This document shows positions 33,691-44,959 of a stretch of 64,000 nt of DNA, one piece after another (the first letter of the stretch is position 1; each line of letters begins with the position of its first letter). The notes under the pieces were generated by a model. The model was not told the DNA's origin, searched no databases, and was given only the letters and a program-made list of their open reading frames with translations. A program made the position numbers and the translations under genes. The stretch covers positions 1,798,001 to 1,862,000 of the forward strand of contig CDRNST010000091.1 of the NCBI GenBank assembly GCA_977016875.1, given 5' to 3'. This DNA comes from Pavona decussata (lineage: Eukaryota).

Positions 33691-35900
33691 AGTGTTAAAA
33701 CCTAATTTAAAACTGTCATCAGTAAAGAACATTTAAATTTCATTAAACATGGTGTATTCTACAATCCTAGAAGTAGGATGTTAACAACAATCTCTCTCCT
33801 GTTTGTTATATTGGTGGAATGAGCGAAATGAGGTGAAGAATATTTCCCCTTTTTTTTGTTTTCCAGAGCGGTATGATAAAAGAGTGTTGTATGCTTCGAA
33901 AAACACTTGCCCCAATTTTGGGTTCTGTCCAATTTTTTTAACCATCAATATAATATTTTTACAAAACCTTTAAACATATAACAGTACACTTAATTACAAA
34001 CTTGTATAGAAATGAAGCCTACTGAAACACCAAGCATTAGTCATTTGCATACGCCAATCTGGAATATTGTATTTTGGAGCAAAACAACATTAATTCTCAG
34101 TTATTATTCGTAGTTTTAATTCGCAATGTTAAAAACAGGTGGTAGCTCATACCTTGGAAAACTGATTGAACCAAAGGAAAACTTTTGTTCTTTTTAATGA
34201 AAAGCTTAGCAAAAGCTGAATATATCGTGTTTTTTTTAAGGCAAAAAAATAATTAACTTTCCTCTTAATCAACCTATTTTTTCTGTAGAGAGAGTAGACA
34301 ATATCAATCTTTTTTTTTGTGTGTGTGTGTACTCAATAAATAAAGTGTTAAAACCTAATTTAAAACTGTCATCAGTAAAGAACATTTAGATTTCATTAAA
34401 CATGGTGTATTCTACAATCCTAGAAGTAGGATGTTAACAACAATCTCTCTCCTGTTTGTTATATTGGTGGAATGAGCGAAATGAGGTGACACTTTCACTA
34501 AAAAACACATTATTTGTATGCAGCAAAACAGAAACAACATTAAAATGCTTGAAAACCCTGCATAAAATGCATTTAGCTTATTTCAGTTTTCATATCTTAC
34601 AGAAGCTTTCCAGAAAGAAATTAGAGTTTTTTTTAGAATTGCTGGGTTATATAAGAACACAGTACTGACTTTAGTGTCGTTATTTTCTTCGATTTGTCCA
34701 GACCTGTTCATTATTCGCCCTCCTTTTCTGCTTTGTTTTTTATTGCAATTGGACTGAAGCGGTCGCTGACAACCACTTCCTTCAATCTTATTCCCTTCAA
34801 TGAATATAAATTTATCAGTTTTTACCTTTAAATATGTCTCGAAACTATAGACAAAATTAAATCAAAGAGGGGGAAAGGGGCAATTGGACCAAATAGGCGC
34901 GAATCTTTGTTAATGCCGGATTTCAGTGACAGTATGCAGAGAACGTAAAGTCATGAAGGACATTTTAAGGACAAATAATAATGTAAACATTATACACTGC
35001 GACAGAAGATTTATTTTAAACTAAAGCTTACTTCCCTCGCAATGTTTTCCAAAGAACAATTAAGGGCCCAAACAGGGGTGATCTGGAAGAGCAAGAGCAA
35101 TATTTCTACACAGCGTTGTTTGTATTTAAAGAAAGCGAAGATTCTAACAAAAAGCGAAGTATGCAAAAGGGTAATAATTTTATTTTGGGAGAATAATAAA
35201 TCTGTCACTCATCTTCTACAATTTAATCTTCTCTAAATAACAATCATTTCTCTTTTTCTGTACACTGTAGAAATGTTTGTTTTTCTGCATGTTGGCTTGT
35301 ACTTATTTTACTTCCTTTTTTACTAATGATTTGTAAATGATGGATGAAGAAATTATAAATTTCCTTTATCCGTTTGATTCATTTCAATTTTAATTTATTA
35401 CTCCCAGTCAGACCTTGATTGGATCTCGAAGAATATTTCCCGTTTTTTTTGTTTTCCAGAGCGGTATGATAAAAGAGTGTTGTATGCTTCGAAAAACACT
35501 TGCCCCAATTTTTAACCATCAATATAATATTTTTACAAAACCTTTAAACATATAACAGTACACTTAATTACAAACTTGTATAGAAATGAAGCCTACTGAA
35601 ACACCAAGCATTAGTCATTTGCATACGCCAATCTGGAATATTGTATTTTGGAGCAAAACAACATTAATTCTCAGTTATTATTCGTAGTTTTAATTCGAAA
35701 TGTTAAAAACAGGTGGTAGCTCATACCTTGGAAAACTGATTGAATCAAAGGAAAACTTTTGTTCTTTTTTAATGAAAAGCTTAACAAAAGCTGAATATAT
35801 CGTGTTTTTTTAAGGCAAAAAAAAAACTTCCCTTTTAATCACGCTATTTTTTCTGTAGAGAGAGTAGACAATATCAATCTTTTTTTTACTCAATAAATAA
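33691..35900 (+). repeat. Local tandem duplication with an internal deletion (A-C / A-B-C)
   Basis: 33691-33836 matches 34343-34488; 33835-34342 matches 35428-35900. Confidence 0.85.
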
Positions 35901-36063
35901 ATAAGCAACTCAAAAGAAAAAATAATAAATAGAGCGAGTTGGTCAAATGGACGTCCAGACAATAAAGCAACATTAAATTTAGATCGAGTCAGTTCTCCTT
36001 GTAAAACACAGATGGCCTACATGATGTAACTGTGAGACTTATCCAAGGCGGCCAAACATCACT

Positions 36064-37017
36064 ATGTTCAACAACACAACTCCTTCTACTCCTCGAAGTA
36101 ATTGCACATTTTCTAACTGTGGCAACGAAACTGGAAGCTTTTCCACATTGAGTGTCGTACGTTGTTCATCAGCAATTTTCATCGCTATTTTGTCGCCAAT
36201 GGCAGTGGTCGGGAATACCCTGATTTTGGCGGCATTTTGGAGGAACCCATCTCTTAGAACACCTTCCTATATTCTGCTCGCTGGACTGGCTTTTACCGAT
36301 TTTGCCACTGGACTCCTCACCCAGCCTGCTTTTGTTGCAAACGAACTCATCCCCTCTGTATATTTTGAACCAACTGTTCGAAAACATCTCACGGTTGTGG
36401 GAATCAGCTTCTCGATATTTTTTTCCTCCTGTACAATGCTTCTCGTTACACTTATGTCCATCGAGCGATGGCTGCATATGTCTCGCCGATCGTGGATTAC
36501 TGTGCGTCGAACTTACATCAGCACTGCAGTGCTTACGGTGGTTCCACTCCCATTAACGGTGTCTTACGCCATTGAAATTACACGTCGAAATCGCCCTGGA
36601 CCTGAAATAAATACTGCTTTTCTTATATTAGCATTGCTTTGCCTTACAGTCACCACACTGGCATACTTAAAACTTTTCCGAATAATTCGACGTCACCAGC
36701 AGCAAATTCATGCAAACGAGTTGTTCCACAACTTTGGGCAGCCATCAATCGACTTTATCAAGTACAAGAAATCTGTATTCTCCATCCTTTACGTACTAAT
36801 AGTATTTTATGTTGGTTACTTACCAATGTCCATCAGTTTGGTGCTGATACTTTTTCTAAGCGATAGAGAATTCATTATGTATTTTTCTAACGTCTCAATC
36901 CCCACTCTCAATCCCCTCCTTTACTTCTGGAGAATGAAAGATATTCGGGATGAAGTTAAACATTTGGTCAAACGAATAATGTGCAAAATCACGACAAATG
37001 AAAACGGTTCTGGATAA
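36064..37017 (+). CDS. Class A orphan GPCR with an in-frame deletion in TM7
   Basis: 317 aa; SIERWLHM, KYKKSV; TM7 reads NVSIPTLNPLLYFW and lacks the LFLxSS stretch of its paralogs. Confidence 0.8.
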   Translation: MFNNTTPSTPRSNCTFSNCGNETGSFSTLSVVRCSSAIFIAILSPMAVVGNTLILAAFWRNPSLRTPSYILLAGLAFTDFATGLLTQPAFVANELIPSVYFEPTVRKHLTVVGISFSIFFSSCTMLLVTLMSIERWLHMSRRSWITVRRTYISTAVLTVVPLPLTVSYAIEITRRNRPGPEINTAFLILALLCLTVTTLAYLKLFRIIRRHQQQIHANELFHNFGQPSIDFIKYKKSVFSILYVLIVFYVGYLPMSISLVLILFLSDREFIMYFSNVSIPTLNPLLYFWRMKDIRDEVKHLVKRIMCKITTNENGSG

Positions 37018-37429
37018 GGCAAGACTTAAACTCTGTTTATCTACGGCGACACGGAGTTTCTTTTCTAAAAACTGAACTTCTAGAATTGAAAAAATCACAG
37101 GGATATTTATTAAAAATTTAATTATGAAAGGCTTTAGCTTTAAAAAGATGAGTGGATGATTAGAATCTGTAAAGCTCGACACCAGAAAATGTAGGCTTCT
37201 TACTTTTATAAAGTTGTTTCATTGTAGATTGTCTATTGCTATCAGTAATAGTACTGAAAGAAAACAGTTAAAATAAAAGCCACTTTTTTGCCGAGAGTGA
37301 AAGAGAATAATTGTCTTAGTGACGAAGCACCCTCTTAATGAACACAAATTTATGTTCATGCAAGTTAATGAAAGAAACGGAATGTGACACTTTTGGCGTG
37401 TAAGGCCATTTTCAGATTTTAATTTTAAT

Positions 37430-37570
37430 AGCTCCCACGAGTCCCCTGTAGCTTAGTGGTTGAGCATCCGAACTAGAGACCGGAAGGTCTTAGGTTCGAC
37501 TCCTGATAGGAGCACTCATATTTCCATTTTTCCGAGTATGCCTCTGTCACTGACTGAATAATACATCGTT
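37430..37570 (+). mobile_element. tRNA-derived SINE
   Basis: A box TAGCTTAGTGG at 37449, B box GGTTCGACTCC at 37493; non-tRNA tail shared with the 22345 and 53420 copies. Confidence 0.8.
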
Positions 37571-38254
37571 ATCATTTTCTGAATATTTCCTCGTTTCGTG
37601 GTATTGAATAACACCCAATTCAAATCTTTAATCTTTGAACGATTTTCAGTGATGAAATAGTAGAGGCCCACAGAGATATCAGTTGTTATAGTCTAGTTCC
37701 AAAGAAAAGCGCATTAAAGTAACCACGTTTACACAATAACTCAGACGGTGTTATTCTGTTCTAAATTTATGCTTTTAAGGGTTCAGCCTCAATATATAAG
37801 CATAAACAACAAAACAAGATACAAATAAATGCTCTCCATAAATTGACACGGAGAGCTCTGTACTCGTTAAAAAGTTAATGACGATATGCTAAATAGTTTC
37901 GACAAAGTGAACTTTAAAAGTATCAAGATGTTACAAAGCATATACGGCTTCTATGTAAATTTCGCAGATTTTTAGGGCTTATTTCTCCGAGAGTTTTCAA
38001 CATATCACCCTGATTACCAAGTGGATATGCCCTTCCTGTCGACAAAAATTCTCCCATAATAGGCCCTTTGCACCTAATGGCCACATGGTCCAGAATCCGC
38101 CATGCTAGAGAACAAGTAGGACATCCAAAACAAAGGGATTTCATCCAGTTAAACTTGCATTTTCTTTGTTTTTGTTTTGTTTTTTTGTTTTTTTTGATGT
38201 CCCAGTGGGAAGCTTGCTCTACAGAAACGTGAATTTTGTGCAATGTGACAGTTA

Positions 38255-38468
38255 GCTTTGTAAAAAAAAGCTTCCTTAGTAAATTTTTTAGTCCAATTCG
38301 AATGTCATTCATTCTCCAAATATAAATAGCAGGATTCAGAGACGAAGACAGGCACAGAAACAACATGGATATCATTTTCCCGACCTCTGTTGCTCTGTTG
38401 GCAGTCCTAAAATTATAAATTCCTTGAGAAAACGCGAGAGAAAACACTTAAAATATAAGGAATGGTGA
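38255..38468 (-). pseudogene. Orphan GPCR 3' fragment (partial TM6, TM7, helix 8)
   Basis: SMLFLCLSSSLNPAIYIWRMNDIRIGLKNLL; no upstream TMs. Confidence 0.85.
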
Positions 38469-38490
38469 CATGTTCGAGTAACACCAGTTA

Positions 38491-41400
38491 ATTATAGCGG
38501 AGCTCCACGCGCCGGAGGCGCGGGGCGGAGCCCCATCGCTAAGAGAATTTGGTAACCCGTGAAAGCGAAAAATTTTGGTTTGGTTATGACGTCACTTGTC
38601 CACCCGTAAGACCGTACGCCGTCCGTCCGACCGTACGCAATCCCACAATGCTAATGCGCCCGTGTTTGTTTGGCGGGAAGTTGCATGGCGAGGTGCGTTT
38701 ACAACAGAAATGATAAAGAACACAAAATACAAAGTCAATTTACATGTTTTCTTTGGATATGTTGACAAACGTAGAAAGAAGAGAAAGAGAGAGTAAAAGA
38801 AATCAAAAAAGTGGGGACGATTAAGCAAAGTTCAACGTGAAAGCGAGCGATAGATAGCAAGTTAGAGCAGGCCGGCCGGGAAAGTAAGTTTAAAGAAGCC
38901 TCACGTTTGTCTATATCACCCGTTTGTGATCAGTTATGGCAACTTTCAGAACTCTAAAATAGCTTTACAAAGACACTTTAATCGCTTTCGACATCACTAA
39001 CATTCGAGGAGAAGTTAATTAATTTTTGAAAAATATATTTTGTGGCCGTGTTTTTCATTTGCACCGCACGGCTCTCATGTGGTTGTAAACAGACGCAAGT
39101 TTCAAAGTTCTTAAATAATTCTACCAAACACCAAAGAGTATTTTTCTGTATTCTCCTTTAGTTAACGTTTATTTAGAGACTAGAATTATTAATAATTAGG
39201 AGCACACTGGACACAGTTTTGAATTTCCAAACATTTTCCCCGGGAGCTATTTTAATAACTTGCTCTCGCAAAAAATACCATGTTTACGTAATTCCGACGG
39301 CCGTTTAACAGATCATTTGTAAATTAAAATAATTTCTTCCAGGCAAAAACCGATAATTTATTATGCTTCGTGTTTCAAGCTTTACACAGATACTTTAATC
39401 GTTTATTAAATTCTCGATACCTTTGATATTCGTATAGAAATTAATTTTTGAACATTTTGTTTCATGACCGTTTTTTTTCATTCGCTCCGCACGGCTCTCG
39501 TGTGTTTAACACACACAAGTTTAAAAGCTCTGAAATAATTGTACCAAAAGCCAAATACTATTTTCCCGTACTCACAATGTGTTAACGTTTATTTAGATAC
39601 TACAACTATTACTATAGGAGCAGAATTGACACAGTTTTGAATTTCCAAACATTTTTCCCCGGGAGCTACCTTGCTCTCGCAGAAAATATCATGTTTACGT
39701 GATTCGACGGCCGTTTGCAGGTCATTTGTAAACGAAAATGCTTTTTTTCAGGCAACAATCGATAATTTTTCTTTATGTTACGTGTTTAAGGCTTTACTGA
39801 CAGATGCTTCAATTGTCAATTACAGTGCGACGCACTGTAAATTCTCGATATCATCGATATTTGTGTAGAAATTATAAATCAGTTTTGAAAAATATTTTTC
39901 GTGGTCGTGTTGTTTTCATGGCACCACACGGCTCTCATGTGTTTGTAAACGCACGCAAGTTTAAAAGCTCTAAAATAATTCTACCGAACACCAAAGACTT
40001 TTTTGTAATATTTTCCATTCGTTAACGTTTACAGTCAACAAACCGTCCCCGCTGATTGCCCCTTTCTGATTGAACGATTGTCTAACGTCGTCCAATCAGA
40101 AAGGGGCAATCAGCGGGACGGTTTGTGGCTGGCACGTATGGATCTTGCTACGCATTTCAGTCGCTCGAATACTGTGGGATTTTGATTTTCTTCGAGGACT
40201 AGCTCTGGGCCGTTTGGATGGATTTTCGATTGGAAGGTACGAGAAGAATCCTGAATCTTTTGACCTTTATGCTGTGAAGTTTGAAAGCGGAGCAATGCGT
40301 TTTTGGGGGAAAAACCGCTCCGGCGCTGGAACCCTTTCAAAACTTTGATTCCTCCCTTCTCCTTCTTATATATGGAATAAGTCAACGGCGAACTCAAACT
40401 CCTTCAAAATCGCTCAAAAAACCGCTTTTGAGGTGAAAGGACGACTATATACCACAGATAAGGTAATTCAACGTTTATTTATCATTGATTTATATACATA
40501 GTTGGCGATATATCGCAATAGGTGAAGCAAACGGTAAATCCAGTGCATTTACTATATAATAACAATCGGCTACACAGACACATGGTGTGGGCCCCCTATG
40601 CTTCTACCAATTTAGGCAACTTGCTAGCTGTTTACTAGTCTAATGCGTTTCTGAGCAACAATCAATGTTTTTTTCTTTAAATTACGTGTTTCAAGCTTTA
40701 CAAATATACTTCAATCGCTTCGATAGGATAGATATTCGTAGAGAAACTAATTTTTGAACATTTTGTTTCGGGGCAGTTTCGTTCGCACCGCACATTTCTC
40801 GTTCAGTTGTAAACACACTAAAGATCTGTGCCAAGCAACCAAGAGTGATTTCCCCGTATTCTCCTTTTCTTGACGTTTATTTGAATTTCAGTAGGAGCAA
40901 TATTGACTGAGTTGTAAATTTTACACATGCAATGAAGAGAGAATATAAGTTTAATTCAGGAGTAAACTAATAACGATAAAACGCAATGTCAGGTTATTGT
41001 TCACCTGCGCTGTGAAGCTTCCTACCGCTTGAAAATCCGCGAAAATAGATCGATAAAAATAGCAAACGGTGGATATAAAGGAACTTACGAAGTAATTTCT
41101 TCCACTGAATTTGACCTCCTCCTTCTTCCCATCAAAAGGACACTGTTACGCTCGGTTATCATTCGTTGTAAGGAGAAGTAGCGAGGTGAAAGCACTTGTT
41201 CGCCATGACTGATTTCAGTCTCTCAGCTAAACAAATGTCAATCCGATAAAAGTTTTTAGCTTTGACGCAAAAGATATTTTGCTGTTTCTTGTAAGACACG
41301 AAAACTTAACGTTTAGGAATTTTCTTTCTATCTGCAGCACTTGATTTCCATGTATTTGTGGTACAAACAACTCGGCTTAAACAGTCGAACTCCAAAGAAC

Positions 41401-41710
41401 TTGAAAGAACTCGTTGTTTTTGGACACAAAATAAAGAAACCAACGAAATCTAGAACTGGCGTGCTCAGCCAATAAGGAGCGAGTATTTTCGCCGCTCGAC
41501 CTATCAGGAGTGTGTAATTTTGCCCTCTGTATTACATTGTTGTTGTTATTGTTGATGGACAGTTTTTGCTGCATATGCACTGAAAATATATATAACTGCA
41601 GAAAGGATGAGGAAGTGGTAACGTTGTTACGTTCATACGCTAAGCAGATTTCTATAAATGCTATGAAAAAAATTGGAGCTCCGCTTTTAGGCTTGGCTAA
41701 ATATATATAT
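38491..41710 (+). mobile_element. Helentron/HINE (DINE-1-like) non-autonomous rolling-circle element
   Basis: 12-bp subterminal IR AGCGGAGCTCCA (38496) / TGGAGCTCCGCT (41674); 3' stem-loop TTTAG-gcttgg-CTAAA; 5' GC hairpin; (GTCC)n-like tract at 38611-38638; internal tandem array. Confidence 0.72.
38961..40925 (+). repeat. Diverged ~415-bp tandem repeats (4 units, the third interrupted)
   Basis: Unit marker GCTTTAC at about 38961, 39378, 39790 and 40694, with shared CCGCACGGCTCTC-like and GTTAACGTTTA-like blocks. Confidence 0.8.
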
Positions 41711-42546
41711 TATTTCCACTTCGAAGAAAAAAAGTTAATGAAAAACAATGCCCTACGATTACAATTGTACAGCATCACTAATCACCTCAAGCAAGTTGGC
41801 AATTTCACACGAACGATCATTAATAATTCCATTAATGTTAAAAAATGTTTTCCAGCTATTTTCAAAACGACTTTATTTGCTTTTCATAGTAACAGCTGCC
41901 ACGTAAAAAGGGTCAGGCTGCATTGGTTTAATGAGAAAAAATTTAATTACTGAAATCTCATATTTGCCTCCATCAGTTAATATGAATTGATAAAACAAAA
42001 GATAAATGTTCAATTATCTCAAAAACCATCACTATTTATTATTTTTCATTAAAAACGGCTTGTCACCGAAGTCACTTTATCACGCAAGTTGGAAATGAAG
42101 TTGACATCTTCCCTGGTACTGCTTTTTTTTTCTCAGCAGGATTTGAGAAATTACTTTTAGGTTGATGATTTGTTAAATTACTTTAAGTGACCTAGGAGGA
42201 TACTGTCCACATTTTACATGATTTTATATTGCGTTGGTTGATCAACAATAAATAAGATTACCATCAATTTTTGTGAAAATATACTTTTGATATACCCTTA
42301 ATCTTCATCCATACTAACTTACAACGATTATTAATTTCAGATGTACAGGTTATGATCTTACTAAGGAGTCAAAAAATTTGTAGGACAGGTGAAAAGACAG
42401 AAAAAAAAGAAGGCAATTTAGGTTTTCTTCGTTGAAGGAAGAATAGTAAAAATCTAAGTCATCTTGGTTAATGTACATAAGGGTAGTCCTAGTAATCAGA
42501 TGGGCCTATCTTCAACAAAAATCCCTGGAGAGTGTGTATGTAAATT

Positions 42547-42714
42547 TTACTTTTCCTTCGAGCAAAATAAGTGTTCCACTCTATTACGAACATCATTCAT
42601 TCTCCAAAGGTAAAGGCCTGTTTTGATAGAGGAAGACAAAATACAAGCAACATCGTGATATCTAATGGACAATTGTAGGAGTCGTCGTTCTCGCAATATC
42701 GTGCTGTTTGACAT
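42547..42714 (-). pseudogene. GPCR relic: N-terminus fused to TM7/helix 8
   Basis: ATG TCA AAC AGC ACG as at 13214, then LDITMLLVF...LYLWRMNDVRNRVEHLFCSKEK*. Confidence 0.75.
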
Positions 42715-42832
42715 GGCCACTCTGTTAATAAACGTACTTGTTTTGTATGCTTTTTAAATCTGAGGGACTTTCCGCACTCTTCTGTTATAATGTCATACCA
42801 CTAATATCAATGTAAAATTGTCTTGGTGTTTG

Positions 42833-43849
42833 TCAGTTTCTAGAACAAAATAACTGTTTTACTCCATTTCGAACATCACTCATTCTCCAAAGGTAAAGAA
42901 ATGGGTTCAGAGAAGACGATGAAAAGAGGAGTACCCTGGAAGCGCTAAATGCCACATTTTGTCCTGAGTAAGAGGCTGAACCTCCATGAATAAATACCCC
43001 AGTAGTGATGACAAAAGGTAGGAAACAGACACAAAATAAAGCAAGAAAATACAAGGTCGTAATCACAGATTTCTTGTACTTTATCAGGTTTATCGTGGGA
43101 CGGCCAAAATTTTGAGGCGGCCCGTTCAAGGCTTGCACTTGTAGTTGTTGACTACGAATAATTCGTAAAACGTTAAAGTAAGCAACAAATGTGATGAAGA
43201 AAGACAATGACATTGTTGTTATATTCGTAATATGTACCATACTCCAAACTGATCCGGGCTTTATAGTTTCCAGTGATCGAAATACAACTAGAGGAGTTGG
43301 CATGACCAAAAATACGATGACACTTAAGACTTTCCGGAGCGACGCAAGTGCCAATGGTCGTCGAGACATGTGCAGCCATCTTTCCACAGCCATAAGCGTT
43401 AAAATAAGCATTGAAACGGATATAAAATACGTGGCAGTGGCATCCGCGATTGTTTCAAAAGCGACAAATAGTGATGGCCTATCGAGAGGTGTCCTGGCGT
43501 CTAATTTGTAGAGCAAAATGGTTACAGCGTTGACAGGCTGAACTATTAGTCCTGTGCACAAATCAGTGAACACTAATCCACTTAGAAGAGTATGGAAAGC
43601 TGTTCTCTGAAAGATCGTCTTCCAAATCGTTACCAAAATCAAGGCATTACCCACCACTGCAACCGGTGACAATACAGCGATGATGATTGAGCCCGCGAAA
43701 GTACCTACAAAAGGGTAAAACGTTTCCTCACTGTAATTATATTTGGAGCTGGCAGAGATTGAAGAGTTGCTCCATGAAGAACAAGTTGTATTGTTTGACA
43801 TGGCTTGGGGTTGTTGCACAAACGTCGACTGGGAAGTGAGACTTGGCAT
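42833..43849 (-). CDS. Class A orphan GPCR, intact; paralog of 13334-14317
   Basis: 338 aa; same motifs; differs by N-terminal indels and in ECL3. Confidence 0.93.
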   Translation of the reverse strand: MPSLTSQSTFVQQPQAMSNNTTCSSWSNSSISASSKYNYSEETFYPFVGTFAGSIIIAVLSPVAVVGNALILVTIWKTIFQRTAFHTLLSGLVFTDLCTGLIVQPVNAVTILLYKLDARTPLDRPSLFVAFETIADATATYFISVSMLILTLMAVERWLHMSRRPLALASLRKVLSVIVFLVMPTPLVVFRSLETIKPGSVWSMVHITNITTMSLSFFITFVAYFNVLRIIRSQQLQVQALNGPPQNFGRPTINLIKYKKSVITTLYFLALFCVCFLPFVITTGVFIHGGSASYSGQNVAFSASRVLLFSSSSLNPFLYLWRMSDVRNGVKQLFCSRN

Positions 43850-44805
43850 GTAACTGTCCTAATTTATGACTTTCACCGGCTGCCAATAAAATCAATACTG
43901 GGAAGATTGCAACACCAATTAATCGTTTTCATGTAATTTCCTGCAAAGCCCATTCATCTCTCGAGGTGGAAATAGATTAGCCAGTGGTGGAGCACTTTAG
44001 GCTTTTTCTTTATCTCCGAAAAAACAAAACGGCCCCCGTACTTCTGTGATTGACTGATAAACCCTTATCATGTTAACGATGAATCATTTCTCAACAATTG
44101 CCATATCCCTCCCTTTTGAAGGACTCTAGTATCAGAATGATTTTAAAAGACAGCGCTCCCTTTTATTTGATATTAAAATGCCGAGATTTTAATGGTGCCT
44201 TTGCCGAAGTTCAGATGGCAATTCTACAAGCCCAAGGCTGGTAGCGTGACTGATGTCCTTGCCACGTTTTGACTTGCTTTGTGTGTTATCAGAGTACAGA
44301 CCTACGGAAAATGAAATCTTTTCGCTTTATACAGTGACCAAGACATTTGACCACAGTTTCGTGTGGGAGTATTACGTTGACTGAGCCGAGTCAAAAACTT
44401 TTAACGAAATTTTTAGACTATTACACACAAGCAATTGTGATCCTCTAACAACATTTTCAAAACTAACCTTTATTCCAGAAGGAATTTCTGACCCCACAAT
44501 ATTATAGCGCCATTCGCTTCACTACGTTTGTAATCGTTTACTCGCCATTACCGAATTTCTATCGGCATCATATTTGAACAGATATTCCTTACTTTTCACA
44601 TCACAGCAAACTTCAAGCTTTGTAACCTGGTTGAGGTCAATTGCAACGGTTTTTGTCCAATTTTTCGTTGGAGTTTTGCTTTTCTGTGAAAGTATGTGTG
44701 AATGTTTGTAAACTACTCGCCAAAACAATTTGCAAAACTTTCTTGACCAGTCACTCTGGCTGGACTCTAGACTGGTCACCAGCGTCGGTCACACCTGCAC
44801 TCAAA

Positions 44806-44959
44806 CCCCATTTACACGCACTAAAAAATCGGCACGGCAACCCAAAATTTCGGTTCGGTGTCGCCAACTTTTTGGCACGGCACTCCTGATTTTAAACGTG
44901 TAAACATAGGTGGTCTCGGCACGGTTAAACAAGGCACCGTGCCGAAACATGTGTGCGTG
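44806..44959. mobile_element. PIF/Harbinger-like MITE with the right TIR truncated by the LINE
   Basis: ACCCCATTTACACGCAC...CGGCACGG at the left; CCGTGCCG...GTGCGTG at the right stops at 44959. Confidence 0.5.

Noticed and set aside
37441-37515. Possible tRNA gene
   Set aside because: The acceptor stem does not pair well, and the flanks are shared with dispersed degenerate copies, so it is a SINE head
37923-38254. Long C-terminal extension of ORF 37923-38447
   Set aside because: Read-through of a GPCR fragment into repeat-like non-coding DNA
44858-44959. N-terminus of the 530-aa ORF
   Set aside because: Starts at GTG within MITE sequence; chance in-frame fusion to the truncated LINE ORF2
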